A stretch of DNA of 64,000 bases from Myxococcales bacterium (GCA_047601445.1 JASGJH010000001.1:2720001-2784000); one strand, 5' to 3'; positions 39,689 through 58,097 are shown, counted from the first letter of the stretch. A program made the numbers and translations. The notes: generated by a model not told the origin, from the letters alone.

Positions 39689-40963
39689 ATGAGTGCGCCC
39701 GTGGACCGTTCGACCGTCATCGTAGAAGACCTCATCCCGAGCTCACCGGAAGCCGCGGTGCTGACGCTGCAACGCGGCGTCTCCCCGTGGGCGAGCTGGA
39801 CCTTTCATCCCACCGACGCAGGAAGCGAAATCACTGTGGGATCGGCCAGCCACTGCGACTGGCAGGTGCTCGCCCCCGGGATTCCTGCGGTCGCGCTGCG
39901 TTTCACGGGTCACGAGCTCTTCGTGTGGGTCGAGGAGGTCCAAGCCAACATTCGCTGCAACGGCGCCACACTGTCCGCCGGCTTCACGCAGTTGCGCCAC
40001 GAGGACCAGCTGGATCTCGGCTCGGCCCGCCTTCGCGTGTGGTTGGGCTCGCGCTTGGCCGAAGCGGCCAGACCGAGCATGCCCGGCGCGGAGGGCCCTG
40101 CTTGCGTGGAGCTGCGCGTCGCGCATGGCACGTCGCGCACCACGCGCTGGCGCTTTCTCGAAGCCGACGTGGGCCGCGCAGTGACCGTGGGCTCGGCCGA
40201 GGAGTGCGACATCAAGATCCGCGCGAGCGGCGTGGCACGCCTCGAGCTGACGGTGCTCTATGCGGGCGATACGCTGCTGGTCAAGAGTGCGCGACCCGAG
40301 GGCGCCAAGCTCAACGGGAAATTCCTGCCCGAGGAGTGGCTCTTCGTTCAAGACGGCGACCGCATCAAGTTCGGCAAGGCCTGCCTGGAGGTGCGCAGCA
40401 TCCCAGGGGCGAGCGAAGGCCCGCGTCCGGCCGCTGACTCGGAACGCTCGCGCAAGCTCACGATGACGCGCGAGCTGTTCGTCGAACCTCGAGGTCCGTT
40501 ACGCGAGAAGGTGATCAGCGGCAACGGTGTTCCGCAGGCAGCCGCGGTGGCCGCCAACCGGACCCTGCGCATGATCGAGATTCCCTACCCGGAAGCAGCG
40601 CGCCCGCAGCCGAGCGCTCGGCCCGTGGTGCCGGTCGTCCCGCCGCCGCGCGCGCTGCCTGTCCTTCCACGTCCGAGCCAGCTTCCAAGGCCAGCGCCTG
40701 CCGCCACGGCTGTCGCGCTACGTGTAGCGAGCCCGGTGCCGCCACCGCCTCGACTGCCAGCCCCTGCATTGCCAGCGCCTGCATTGCCGGCACCCGCATT
40801 GCCCGCGCCCAAGCTACCCGAGGGTGACGCCATGGGCTGTCTGTTCGAAGCGAAGCGCTCCAACGCAGGCGTCACCCCGTGGCGCGCCGCAGGGGTCCTC
40901 GTGTTGCTGGCGTCCTATCTAGGATGGCTGGCGCTCCTCGAGCGCTGGTGGCCGGGGTGGTAA
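39689..40963 (+). CDS. protein with two degenerate FHA-like domains, Pro-rich linker and C-terminal TM anchor
   Basis: Two internal repeats TVGSA..CD....(C/L)NG......DxxxxG.A.L; (PALPA)n; C-terminal hydrophobic helix. Confidence 0.65.
   Translation: MSAPVDRSTVIVEDLIPSSPEAAVLTLQRGVSPWASWTFHPTDAGSEITVGSASHCDWQVLAPGIPAVALRFTGHELFVWVEEVQANIRCNGATLSAGFTQLRHEDQLDLGSARLRVWLGSRLAEAARPSMPGAEGPACVELRVAHGTSRTTRWRFLEADVGRAVTVGSAEECDIKIRASGVARLELTVLYAGDTLLVKSARPEGAKLNGKFLPEEWLFVQDGDRIKFGKACLEVRSIPGASEGPRPAADSERSRKLTMTRELFVEPRGPLREKVISGNGVPQAAAVAANRTLRMIEIPYPEAARPQPSARPVVPVVPPPRALPVLPRPSQLPRPAPAATAVALRVASPVPPPPRLPAPALPAPALPAPALPAPKLPEGDAMGCLFEAKRSNAGVTPWRAAGVLVLLASYLGWLALLERWWPGW
40753..40818 (+). repeat. 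imperfect 15-bp coding repeat (LPAPA)n
   Basis: RLPAPALPAPALPAPALPAPKLP. Confidence 0.7.
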
Positions 40964-41009
40964 GGCACGCGCAGGGGACGCATTCGCAGGCCTCGAGTAG
41001 ACTCGGCCC

Positions 41010-41993
41010 ATGCGCGCATTCGTGACCGGTGGCTCCGGCTTCGTGGGCAAGCAGTTGATCCGACAACTCCGCGAACGCGGCCACGAGGTTCGCGCCCTGG
41101 CGCGCTCGAAGGCCTCGGAGCAGGCGGTACGCGAGCTCGGCGCGCTCGCGGTCGCTGGTGATCTCGACGACGAGGCCGCCATGCGAGAGGGCATGCGCGG
41201 TTGTGACTGGGTGTTCCACGCCGCCGCCAAGGTAGAGGTGTGGGGTAAGCGAGAGGACTTCGACCGCGTCACGGTGCAAGGCACTCGGCGTGCCCTCGCA
41301 GCGGCGCGCGCGGCGGCCGTACAACGCTTCGTGCACGTGTCGACCGAAGCCGTGTTGGTCGGTGGACCGAAGTTGATTGACGCGGACGAGACCTGGCCTC
41401 TGCCCCAGCATCCGCTCGGCCTCTATCCCTGGTCCAAGGGCTTGGCCGAAGCGGAGGTGCGTGCGGCGGCTCGCGATGGCCTGCACGCGGTCATCGTGCG
41501 CCCGCGCGCCATCTGGGGCGCTGGAGACACGGTGCTGCTGCCGCGTCTGTGCAAGCTGGTGGACGACGGGAAGTTCGCCTGGATCGGCGGCGGCCACGCA
41601 CTCACCTCCACCTGTCACGTCAAGAACGTGTGCGCGGGCCTGATCGCTGCAGCGGAACGAGGACGCTGCGGGGAGACGTACTTCGTGACCGATGGGGCTC
41701 CGCTCAGCTATCGGGCCTATCTCGGCGGCATGCTGGAGGCGCTGGGCCGAGACACGCGCAACATCCGGAGTGTGCCGCTGTTGCTGGCGCGCACCCTCGC
41801 GGTTCTTTTGGAGGCCTGGTGGCGGCTCAGCAGGAGCTCTGGCGAACCACCGCTCACACGCAGCGCAGTGGCGCTCGTCGGCGAACAGGTCACCGTCAAC
41901 GATCACAAGGCACGCACCGAGCTCGCGTACCGCCCCGTCATTTCGCGCGAGGATGGGCTCGCCGAGCTCCGGAGCGCGGGCCTCGGCGCCTGA
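41010..41993 (+). CDS. NAD-dependent epimerase/3-beta-hydroxysteroid dehydrogenase family protein
   Basis: TGGSGFVG, HAAA, YPWSK, RPRAIWGAGD. Confidence 0.9.
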   Translation: MRAFVTGGSGFVGKQLIRQLRERGHEVRALARSKASEQAVRELGALAVAGDLDDEAAMREGMRGCDWVFHAAAKVEVWGKREDFDRVTVQGTRRALAAARAAAVQRFVHVSTEAVLVGGPKLIDADETWPLPQHPLGLYPWSKGLAEAEVRAAARDGLHAVIVRPRAIWGAGDTVLLPRLCKLVDDGKFAWIGGGHALTSTCHVKNVCAGLIAAAERGRCGETYFVTDGAPLSYRAYLGGMLEALGRDTRNIRSVPLLLARTLAVLLEAWWRLSRSSGEPPLTRSAVALVGEQVTVNDHKARTELAYRPVISREDGLAELRSAGLGA

Positions 41994-42059
41994 CCAGGCG
42001 ACAGCGGGACCATCGGGCCGCGGCCGCTCGCCGCGCAGGGAATCGGGTAAGCTTGCAGC

Positions 42060-42908
42060 ATGCTGCCCACTCCGCCGAGCCAGACCGAACTCGACGGGTT
42101 GTGCGCGCTGTTCGCGAACGGCAAGGTCGCCGTACTCACCGGAGCGGGCATCAGCACGGAGTCCGGCATTCCCGACTATCGCGGTCCCGAGACGCGCCGA
42201 CGCGCGCGCAACCCGGTGCAGTGGCGCGAGTTCGTGCGCAATCCGGCCGCGCGCCATCGCTACTGGGCCCGCAGCATGCTCGGCTGGCCACGCCTCGCGC
42301 GAGCACGGCCCAACGCCGGCCACTACGCGCTGCGCCAGCTCGAGCAGCAAGGCAGGCTTGCGGGTCTCATCACCCAAAACGTCGACGGGTTGCATGGCGC
42401 TGCCGGCTCGCAAGCTCCCGTCGAGCTCCACGGTGCGCTGCGTCACGCGGTGTGCCTACACTGCGCCCGTCGTCTATCCCGAGACCTCCTGCAAACCTGG
42501 CTGGAGCGCGAGAACGCTCACTTCCTGGCGCACGCCTTCGAGCTCGCACCTGACGGCGACGCCGACATCGCCGATCAGCTGCTGGTGCACTTCAAGAGTG
42601 TGGGCTGCGAATGCGGCGGCGACCTTCGGCCTGACGTGGTGTTCTTCGGGGAGAACGTGCCCACGGAACGCGTCGAGCGAGCTATGGCCATCGTGCGCGC
42701 GGGCAACGCGCTGCTCGTGGTCGGCTCTTCGCTGGCGGTCTACTCGGGTCTGCGCTTCGTGCGCGAAGCCGAACGCCTCGGGATTCCGGTCGCCATCCTG
42801 ACCCATGGCCCCACGCGCGGTGACGCGAGCGCGGTCTTGCGCGTGGACGCCAGCGCGGGGCTAACGCTCTCGCAGCTCACGGCGCGCCTGGCGCCAGCCG
42901 TCCTTTGA
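42060..42908 (+). CDS. NAD-dependent protein deacylase (Sir2 family, class II/SIRT4-like)
   Basis: GAGISTESGIPDYRG, RYWARS, ITQNVDGLH, ELHG, PDVVFFGE, VGSSL. Confidence 0.93.
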   Translation: MLPTPPSQTELDGLCALFANGKVAVLTGAGISTESGIPDYRGPETRRRARNPVQWREFVRNPAARHRYWARSMLGWPRLARARPNAGHYALRQLEQQGRLAGLITQNVDGLHGAAGSQAPVELHGALRHAVCLHCARRLSRDLLQTWLERENAHFLAHAFELAPDGDADIADQLLVHFKSVGCECGGDLRPDVVFFGENVPTERVERAMAIVRAGNALLVVGSSLAVYSGLRFVREAERLGIPVAILTHGPTRGDASAVLRVDASAGLTLSQLTARLAPAVL

Positions 42909-42946
42909 GTGTCGCTCAGCGGCTGTACTGAACGCTCAACATGCTC

Positions 42947-43783
42947 TTAGCGCCGTCTTGGCGACCCGAAGGGATTCGTCCAGACGACGTCCAACGCGAA
43001 GTAGTGGGCGTCCGCGCGGGCTCCGCCGTGGCCCATTAGATCGTTCATGTAGCCGACGTCGAACGCGAGCGGCCGCCCTTTGCCGTGCCAGGCGTAGTAA
43101 AGGCAGAAGCGGCTCTCCTGATATTCGAGCGCCGACCAGGCCCCATCGTCGCCGCGCCGCTTGCTGATTGAAGCCAGCACCTCGGCGCTTCCCACTAGGC
43201 GATGAACGTCTGCGCGATCGAGCCGCATGCCGGCCTGCTCACGCAGGCGAAAGCGGAACTGGAGCGGTTCGGCAGCCGGCTCCCCGCCCGCGAAAAACAC
43301 GCGCAATTCGGGCCGCGCAGTACTCACCAACTTGAGACGTCCCGCCTGCCAGGAGCCCGAGAGCCGACCATAGAACCGCAACTCGTGCCGCACGGAGAGC
43401 TCCGCCGCCGTGTAGGGCGGCTCGTCGCGGTAGAGGTTCTGACGTCGGTAGCTGAGCGCGAGCGAACCCACCCAGTGTTCCTGAAGGCGCTCGTAGATCT
43501 CCTGGTTGAGCACGAAAATAGCGGGCTTGGCGTAAGGATTGAGGCCTTCCGGCTGGCTGATACTGCCCAAGCCCACGTAGGTCATGGACTCTCTTCGTTG
43601 GTTCACGTCGAGCGCCTGTCGAGCTCCCACGGCAGACCACGTCGCGGTCCTGGCGACGCCGAAGCCCGGCGGACTGATCTGGGCGAACGCCGAGCCTGGG
43701 CTGGCTCCAAGCAAGCACGCTATCAGCCCCCCGAGCCAGCAACCCCTACGCCGTTCGACACTCCATCGGAGCCATCCTCGCAT
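42947..43783 (-). CDS. putative outer-membrane beta-barrel protein (DUF2490-like); start uncertain
   Basis: Signal peptide ending AFAQ; alternating beta strands; R.R.R and GYMN motifs. Confidence 0.55.
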   Translation of the reverse strand: MRGWLRWSVERRRGCWLGGLIACLLGASPGSAFAQISPPGFGVARTATWSAVGARQALDVNQRRESMTYVGLGSISQPEGLNPYAKPAIFVLNQEIYERLQEHWVGSLALSYRRQNLYRDEPPYTAAELSVRHELRFYGRLSGSWQAGRLKLVSTARPELRVFFAGGEPAAEPLQFRFRLREQAGMRLDRADVHRLVGSAEVLASISKRRGDDGAWSALEYQESRFCLYYAWHGKGRPLAFDVGYMNDLMGHGGARADAHYFALDVVWTNPFGSPRRR

Positions 43784-43926
43784 CGCACAGCAGCTTGTGC
43801 CGCGGCCATGAACCGAACCTGAACGCTCGACGCGGACCCACGATCGAACGAGGAGAATGGTGCGACGCCCGCTCTCCAGCGCCATGCACGTGAGCCCGAG
43901 CGCAGGGTGTCGAGGGAGCCGATGTC

Positions 43927-44412
43927 TCAGCGCGGAATCGTGAGCGTCGCCGCCAGCTCGGGCGTCAGCTTTTGCTCGAGCGTGATGCCGTTGGCGGAGA
44001 GATCGAAGGCCAGGATCGCCCAGTATTCTTCGCCCGAGAGGCTTCCGGGCGCCTTGGGGGGCATGGTGGCAACCACGAAGTTGGCGACATCGGCCACCGT
44101 CACGAACTGCGACGTACGCTGCGAGCCAGGGTGCGGTGCAAGCGGCAGGGCTCCGCTCGAGAGGCCCACCACCGCTGGCGCCTTCGCGCCCTCACCGGCC
44201 GCACCGTGGCACGCGGCACAGGCGCGGCCGTAGACGTCGCCACCAAGAGCGACTTGGTCCGCAAAGGTCTGTGGCGCCTGCGGCGCGCTGGGTGCAACCG
44301 AGGTCTCCTCACCGCCGCCCGAGCTACTCGCTGCGCTGGCTTCCTGCGGATGCCCTCCACAGCCCAGCAGAACCAGCGGAAAAAGCCACGAAAACGCTGT
44401 TCTCTTGTCCAC
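43927..44412 (-). CDS. monoheme class I cytochrome c lipoprotein
   Basis: Lipobox LLGC, CAACH, distal Met in ATMP; GTG start with GGAGG RBS. Confidence 0.88.
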   Translation of the reverse strand: MDKRTAFSWLFPLVLLGCGGHPQEASAASSSGGGEETSVAPSAPQAPQTFADQVALGGDVYGRACAACHGAAGEGAKAPAVVGLSSGALPLAPHPGSQRTSQFVTVADVANFVVATMPPKAPGSLSGEEYWAILAFDLSANGITLEQKLTPELAATLTIPR

Positions 44413-44564
44413 GATGCCTCCGTCGCCGACCTGCGCCATGACAAGTCCGCTCCAGACATCGAGTCGCGAGCAGGCAAAAGGTTACCGGCGAAGTCGACGG
44501 GTCGCGCTTTTCTGGATGCGGGCACGCATCGTGGTGCGTGCCCGGCCCTAACGACCAGCCAACG

Positions 44565-44990
44565 TTAGGCGCTCGCCGCGAGCCTGTCGCGCGCGCCCTT
44601 CTGCATCAATCCGGCGATGGCGGTGTAGGCGTCGCCCCAGGCCTCTGCGTGCTCGGCCGTCCAATCCTTGCCGGCGATCTCTGCCAGCGTGCGGATGAGG
44701 CTGTCGCCAACCCACGCATACATCTCGTCGGTCACTTCGTAGTCCACGTGCTTGGCGCCCATGGACTCGAGGGTCTGCTGTAGCCAGGTGGCGTCCTCGA
44801 GATGGTCCATCACGGCGACGATGGCTCCCTGCAGCATCTCGGCCTGCTGAGCGCGCGAATTACGGCTGAAAAGCGGGCGAACCTGGGGATAGCGCTCGAA
44901 CAGAATCTCATAGAAACGCGGCGTGATCTGCGCCTGCCGCGCCACCACCAAGTCGAAGCTGCTGCGAAGAAGCGAGACATTCAGGGACAT
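44565..44990 (-). CDS. single-domain globin (flavohaemoglobin-like globin domain)
   Basis: FYEILFERYP..RPLF (B10 Tyr, CD1 Phe), E7 Gln, GAKHVDYEV (F8 His), AW..AY; start ATG 44990 with GGAGG RBS. Confidence 0.92.
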   Translation of the reverse strand: MSLNVSLLRSSFDLVVARQAQITPRFYEILFERYPQVRPLFSRNSRAQQAEMLQGAIVAVMDHLEDATWLQQTLESMGAKHVDYEVTDEMYAWVGDSLIRTLAEIAGKDWTAEHAEAWGDAYTAIAGLMQKGARDRLAASA

Positions 44991-45020
44991 CTTGAGGGAC
45001 CTCCTGTGTTGTGAGTTCGT

Positions 45021-45045
45021 TAATAGGCATCTCAAATACCCATTA
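45021..45045. promoter_or_regulatory. NsrR/Rrf2-type operator palindrome
   Basis: TAATAGGCAT-CTCAA-ATACCCATTA (arms match at 8 of 10 positions, 5-nt spacer), between divergent globin and Rrf2 genes. Confidence 0.6.
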
Positions 45046-45093
45046 TGCGCAACGCGACGCCCGAAGAAGCAGGGCATACTCGGAGGAGCCCCC

Positions 45094-45546
45094 ATGCAGC
45101 TCACGCTCTACACGGACTACGCCATTCGCACGCTCCTCTATCTGGGCACGCGCCCCGACCAGATCGTGCCCGTATCCGAGATCAGCGCTGCCTACGGCAT
45201 CTCGGCCCATCACCTGGCGAAGGTCGCCAAGATGCTCGTTCGCGAAGGGCTGCTCGAAGGAAAGCGCGGCAAAGAAGGGGGATTGCGCCTGGCCTCTGCA
45301 CCCGCGGACATCTGTTTGGGCAGTCTCGTGCGCGCCACCGAGGAGCACAATCTCCTCGAGTGCTTCGATCCCAAGAGCAGCAGCTGCCCGCTCACCGGCT
45401 ACTGCCGCGTGGAGCGCGCGATGCACGAAGCCCGCGAGGCGTTCTTCGGCGTACTCGACGGCTACACCCTCTCGGACATGCTCGAGAACACACCGCGCCT
45501 CGTGTCCTTGCTCTCCCCGTCGCGGCTGACGCGGAAGAAGAGCTGA
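45094..45546 (+). CDS. nsrR: Rrf2-family Fe-S transcriptional regulator, NsrR-like
   Basis: MQLTLYTDYAIRTL, ISAHHLAKV, RGKEGGLRL, three Cys in ECF...CPL...C. Confidence 0.85.
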   Translation: MQLTLYTDYAIRTLLYLGTRPDQIVPVSEISAAYGISAHHLAKVAKMLVREGLLEGKRGKEGGLRLASAPADICLGSLVRATEEHNLLECFDPKSSSCPLTGYCRVERAMHEAREAFFGVLDGYTLSDMLENTPRLVSLLSPSRLTRKKS

Positions 45547-45550
45547 ACTT

Positions 45551-45580
45551 AAACGAAAACGACCACCTCGCGGTGGCCGT
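45551..45580 (-). terminator. intrinsic terminator after rpoC
   Basis: Minus strand ACGGCCACC-GCGA-GGTGGTCGT followed by a T-rich tract. Confidence 0.65.
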
Positions 45581-45609
45581 CTCTCAGTGCAGGCTCAGAG
45601 CCTGGCTGA

Positions 45610-49794
<4,185 letters not shown>

Positions 49795-49797
49795 GGA

Positions 49798-53944
<4,147 letters not shown>

Positions 53945-54134
53945 TGCAGAAGCTCCTCACGCGGCCGAGTCTCGCCCCCTCGGCCCACTTTTGCCCACGC
54001 GCGGCGGACCGCGCGCTTCGACCTGTTTCCCGAAAAAAAATCTAAGTAGTGCAGTCGCCGAGCACGTGCCGAGCACGCGCTACTCGTGAGACGACGCGTG
54101 GGTTCACGCGCGGGTCTCCAAAAAGACACAGCCG

Positions 54135-54160
54135 GGCGTAGGGGAGACATCCCCTACGCC
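54135..54160 (-). terminator. hairpin in the rplL-rpoB spacer (possible attenuator)
   Basis: GGCGTAGGGGA-GACA-TCCCCTACGCC 11-bp stem; T5 tract ~10 nt downstream on the minus strand. Confidence 0.5.
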
Positions 54161-54240
54161 GCGACCTTCAGTCACAGCTGTTTTCTTATTGGTAGGCCCC
54201 GTTTGGTTACAACGTAGCCTATCGGAAAACAAAACGCCCA

Positions 54241-54627
54241 CTACTTGATGGTGACCTTTGCTCCGGCCTCTTCGAGCTTCTTCTTGATGCTCTCGGCCTC
54301 GTCCTTGGACACTGCTTCCTTGATCATCTTGGGCGCGCCCTCGACGAGGTTCTTCGCGTCGGCAAGACCAAGGTTGGTGATCTCGCGGACGACCTTGATC
54401 ACGTTGATCTTCTTGTCGCCAGCGTTGCTGAGCTCAACGTCGAACTCGGTCTTTTCTTCCACAGCGGCCGGAGCAGCGCCGGCGGCGGGGCCGGCCACGC
54501 CAGCGACGGCCACGGGAGCAGCAGAAACGCCCCACTTCTCTTCGAGAGCCTTAATGAGGCCGGCCACTTCCATCACGGTCCAGGAGCTAAGCTCGTTGAC
54601 CATCTGTTCCTGGTTCATCGTTGCCAT
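54241..54627 (-). CDS. rplL: 50S ribosomal protein L7/L12
   Basis: [24 protein letters not shown]. Confidence 0.98.
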   Translation of the reverse strand: MATMNQEQMVNELSSWTVMEVAGLIKALEEKWGVSAAPVAVAGVAGPAAGAAPAAVEEKTEFDVELSNAGDKKINVIKVVREITNLGLADAKNLVEGAPKMIKEAVSKDEAESIKKKLEEAGAKVTIK

Positions 54628-54717
54628 GGTGATACTCTCCCAAAACTTGCTACCCGCGGCGTTCCGCGGAATCGTTTTTGATTACCGGTTACTTGTCCAA
54701 GTGACGACTGAGACTTC

Positions 54718-55260
54718 TCAGGTGCCTTCCTGCTTCCGCTGGTGAGCGTCGAGCAGGTACGTGAAGTTCTGCGCAGGGGCCTGGAGCAGACGCACCAGGT
54801 TCTGGGCAGGGGCCTGAAGGGTCGCGAGCAACTGCGCGCGAAGCTCGTTCTTGCCGGGCATGGTCGCGAGCACGCTCTCGACCTGTGCGCCCGGGAGAAC
54901 CTTGGCGTCGATGACGCCGCACTTCACACCGAGCTTCCCGTTGGCATCGTTCACCGCGCGGAACGTCTTGATCACCTTGGCGGCTGCCGAGGGATCTTCG
55001 AAGCTCCATGCGATGCCGGTCTGGCCCTTGAGCTGCGCTGCGACTTCCTTGTTGTCGTAGGCGGTGCCCTTGAGCGCGATCTTGACCAGCGTGTTCTTCA
55101 CCACGCGGTACTCGACCCCGGCCTTGCGGAACTCTGCACGCAAGTTCGTGAGCTGCTCGACGTTCACGCCACGGAAGTCGAGGAACACGGCCGTAGTGGC
55201 CTTGCTGAACTTGTCGCGAATGAGCGCGACTTCTTCCTGCTTGGCTGCGATTACGGTCAT
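54718..55260 (-). CDS. rplJ: 50S ribosomal protein L10
   Basis: DFRGVNV..LR, VVKNTL; position in the cluster. Confidence 0.97.
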   Translation of the reverse strand: MTVIAAKQEEVALIRDKFSKATTAVFLDFRGVNVEQLTNLRAEFRKAGVEYRVVKNTLVKIALKGTAYDNKEVAAQLKGQTGIAWSFEDPSAAAKVIKTFRAVNDANGKLGVKCGVIDAKVLPGAQVESVLATMPGKNELRAQLLATLQAPAQNLVRLLQAPAQNFTYLLDAHQRKQEGT

Positions 55261-55263
55261 GGC

Positions 55264-55971
55264 TTAGACCTCCGCCGTTGCCTGGAACACCACAGGATCG
55301 ATCTTGATCCCGGGGCCCATGGTCGAGCTGAGCGTGATGCTGCGCAGGTACTGGCCCTTTGCAGTCGACGGCTTGGCCTTCACCAGAGCCGCCATCAGCG
55401 CCTTCACGTTGTCCTGAAGTTTGGTGGGATCGAAGGACTTCTTGCCCACGGGGACGTGAACGATACCGGCCTTTTCGACGCGGAACTCGACCTTACCGGC
55501 CTTCGCTTCGGTCACTGCCTTCTTCACGTCGAACGTAACCGTTCCGACCTTCGGATTCGGCATCAAGCCGCGCGGGCCCAGCACTCGGCCGAGCTTACCG
55601 ACTTGACCCATCATGTCCGGGGTCGCGATCACCGTGTCGAAATCCAACCAACCACCCGTCACTTTGGCGACCAGGTCTTCGCCGCCGACGAAATCAGCTC
55701 CGGCCTGCTCGGCCTCGGCCACCTTTTCGCCACGCGCGAACACCAGAACGCGAACAGACTTCCCGACGCCATGGGGCAAAACCAGTGCGCCGCGGACCAT
55801 CTGATCGGCATGCTTGGGGTTGACGCCCAGGCGCACCGCAAGGTCGACGGTCTCGTCGAACTTTGCGAAGCCGGCCGCCTTCACCAGAGAGCAAGCCTCA
55901 TCTAGCGAGTAGCGCTTACCGCGATCGACCGTACCGGCCGCCTCGGTATGCTTCTTTCCTCTTTTCCTCAT
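55264..55971 (-). CDS. rplA: 50S ribosomal protein L1
   Basis: [25 protein letters not shown]. Confidence 0.98.
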   Translation of the reverse strand: MRKRGKKHTEAAGTVDRGKRYSLDEACSLVKAAGFAKFDETVDLAVRLGVNPKHADQMVRGALVLPHGVGKSVRVLVFARGEKVAEAEQAGADFVGGEDLVAKVTGGWLDFDTVIATPDMMGQVGKLGRVLGPRGLMPNPKVGTVTFDVKKAVTEAKAGKVEFRVEKAGIVHVPVGKKSFDPTKLQDNVKALMAALVKAKPSTAKGQYLRSITLSSTMGPGIKIDPVVFQATAEV

Positions 55972-55979
55972 CTACCCTC

Positions 55980-56014
55980 CTGGTGGTTGCGCTCTTCACG
56001 CAGCCTCCCGCCAG
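55980..56014 (-). promoter_or_regulatory. putative L1-binding autoregulatory RNA element
   Basis: Minus strand CUGGCGGGAGGCUGCG...CGCAACCACCAG stem with GGGAG internal loop, abutting the rplA SD; resembles L1 operators. Confidence 0.55.
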
Positions 56015-56270
56015 TGACCCGGTGGCGGTGTGGAGAAACTATCGGTCCGGGTGCCGAAAACTCTGGCCTACGTGCTTAGTCGCCCGAGCGTTACAGCGGG
56101 GGACTGTCTGTCTCTCGTCTTCTGCTGTTTGTCCCAAGCTGACCCGATTTTCGCGTCAGCTTGGTTCGAGGAGCGAGCGCCCCCGCAGGGACCGACTGAG
56201 GCGTACTCTCGTACGCCGCAGGGAGGGACCGAGGAGGTAAGCCGCTCCTCGGGCCAAGATGGCGCGAAAA

Positions 56271-56711
56271 TCAATCGACGACGTCTACGCCCATGCTGCG
56301 GGCAGTCCCCGCGATGGAGCGCATCGCCGCCTCGAGGGAACCGGCGTTGGTGTCCACGATCTTGAGCTCAGCGAGCTTCTTGATCTGGCCCTGGGTGATC
56401 TTGCCGACCTTGTCCTTGTTGGGACGCTTGGAACCGCTGCCCGGCTTGCCTTCGATCTTCATGCCGAGTTCCTTCTTGATCAACACCGACGCCGGCGGCG
56501 TCTTGGTGATGAACGTGAAGGAGCGATCCGAGTAAACCGTGATCACCACGGGGATGATCATGCCGGCCTGGGGCTGGGTCTTGGCGTTGAACTCCTTGCA
56601 GAAGCCCATGATGTTCACGCCGTGCTGGCCGAGCGCGGGACCGACGGGCGGCGATGGGTTCGCCTTGCCCGCAGGAAGCTGGAGCTTGATCTGACCGGTA
56701 ACCTTCTTCAT
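56271..56711 (-). CDS. rplK: 50S ribosomal protein L11
   Basis: [28 protein letters not shown]. Confidence 0.98.
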   Translation of the reverse strand: MKKVTGQIKLQLPAGKANPSPPVGPALGQHGVNIMGFCKEFNAKTQPQAGMIIPVVITVYSDRSFTFITKTPPASVLIKKELGMKIEGKPGSGSKRPNKDKVGKITQGQIKKLAELKIVDTNAGSLEAAMRSIAGTARSMGVDVVD

Positions 56712-56866
56712 GGCTTCGTACCTTGCACAGAGGCGGTGGGACCTATGTCCGCGAAAGCTCTGCCTTTTCGAGGAGTGTTTTCGGCCGCCTTCAGGAACGG
56801 CGGCCGCACTAGCAAAAAGGCACCCAACGCGCGGGGTGCCGGAAGTTGACTCAGTTCAGCGCCGCG

Positions 56867-57484
56867 TCAAACGGTTTTTTCGACCTGCGCGTAGTCGAGC
56901 TCCACCGGGGTGGCTCGACCGAAGATGGACACCAGCACGCGAACCTTTTGTTTCTCGGGCTTTACCTCTTCGATGGTGCCCGTGAAATTGGCGAACGCGC
57001 CTTCGATAACCCGCACATGATCGCCCTGCTCGAAGACCACGCGGGGTTTGGGCTTGGCGGCGCCTTCGGCCACCTGCTGTGCCACCAGGTTGATCTGGGG
57101 GGCAGGCACGGCGGTGGGGTAGCGCCCCCCGACGAAACCGCTGACCTTGGGGGTGTCCTTGACCAGATGCCAGCTCTCGTCGGTGAGATGCATCTGCACG
57201 AACATGTAACCCGGGTAGAAGGTGCGTTGCATGACGCGCTTCTGGGTGCCGCGGGTCTCGGTGACCTGCTCCCGCGGGATCAGGATTTCCCCGAAATTTC
57301 CCTGCATGTTGTGCTGGCGGATGCGCTCTTCGAGCGAGGCCTTCACCTTGTTCTCGTAGCCAGAGTACGCCTGCACGACGTACCAGCGCATCTTCTTCTG
57401 GCCGCCCGCTTCGGAGTCCGGCGAACCGTTCTCTTCAGAACGCTCTTCACCCGGCTCGGTATTGGTCTGGTTCTCGAAGGTCAC
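56867..57484 (-). CDS. nusG: transcription termination/antitermination factor NusG
   Basis: [17 protein letters not shown] motif, [13 protein letters not shown] start just after the secE stop. Confidence 0.96.
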   Translation of the reverse strand: MTFENQTNTEPGEERSEENGSPDSEAGGQKKMRWYVVQAYSGYENKVKASLEERIRQHNMQGNFGEILIPREQVTETRGTQKRVMQRTFYPGYMFVQMHLTDESWHLVKDTPKVSGFVGGRYPTAVPAPQINLVAQQVAEGAAKPKPRVVFEQGDHVRVIEGAFANFTGTIEEVKPEKQKVRVLVSIFGRATPVELDYAQVEKTV

Positions 57485-57486
57485 GA

Positions 57487-57969
57487 TCACACCTTGTAGA
57501 CGAGGTCGGTCACCGCGGCCCATACGGTGTCGAACATGAACAGCACGGCGGCTGCGATGATCGACGCCACAACGACCACGATGGTGGATGATGAGGTCTC
57601 CTTGCGCGTGGGCCAAGAAACCTTGCTCAGCTCCTCCGCGACTTCGTGCGTCAGCGTGTAGCTCGGCTTGTGCCGGTAAAGGGCGATGGCCGCGACGATG
57701 CCAGCCACCACCGCACCAAAGGTGGCGATGGTCTCGTCGGGATCCGCGAAGAGATACCAGATGGCCGTGATCAGATGGTCGAAGACCCAGACCAACAGCA
57801 GAGCGGCGACCATGAACGACAGCTGGACCCAGCGCTCGACGCCCAGGGTCTTCTTGGCTGCACCGAGGTCCTCGCCCGAAGCGTCCGTCGACTCGGGCGC
57901 GCTCAGGGACGACTCCCCCTCGCTGCCTTCGTCGATGCTGTCTTCCTTGTCGAGGGTTTCTTCGCTCAT
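57487..57969 (-). CDS. secE: preprotein translocase subunit SecE (3-TM form)
   Basis: ELSKVSWPTRKET motif; located between trnW and nusG. Confidence 0.95.
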   Translation of the reverse strand: MSEETLDKEDSIDEGSEGESSLSAPESTDASGEDLGAAKKTLGVERWVQLSFMVAALLLVWVFDHLITAIWYLFADPDETIATFGAVVAGIVAAIALYRHKPSYTLTHEVAEELSKVSWPTRKETSSSTIVVVVASIIAAAVLFMFDTVWAAVTDLVYKV

Positions 57970-57985
57970 GATCTTCTCTTTATAG

Positions 57986-58061
57986 TGGCAGGCCAGGAGG
58001 GATTCGAACCCACAACCCGCGGATTTGGAATCCGCTGCTCTACCGTTGGAGCTACTGACCT
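57986..58061 (-). tRNA. tRNA-Trp(CCA)
   Basis: Cloverleaf; anticodon loop TTCCAAA; encoded CCA end. Confidence 0.97.
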
Positions 58062-58097
58062 AGAAGCGGCTATCCTGAAACGACCGAGTTCCCCCGA

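Noticed and set aside
42060..42908. Sir2 protein as an anti-phage defence effector (Thoeris/DSR type)
   Set aside because: It is a typical stand-alone class II deacylase with the Zn-binding subdomain and no defence partners.
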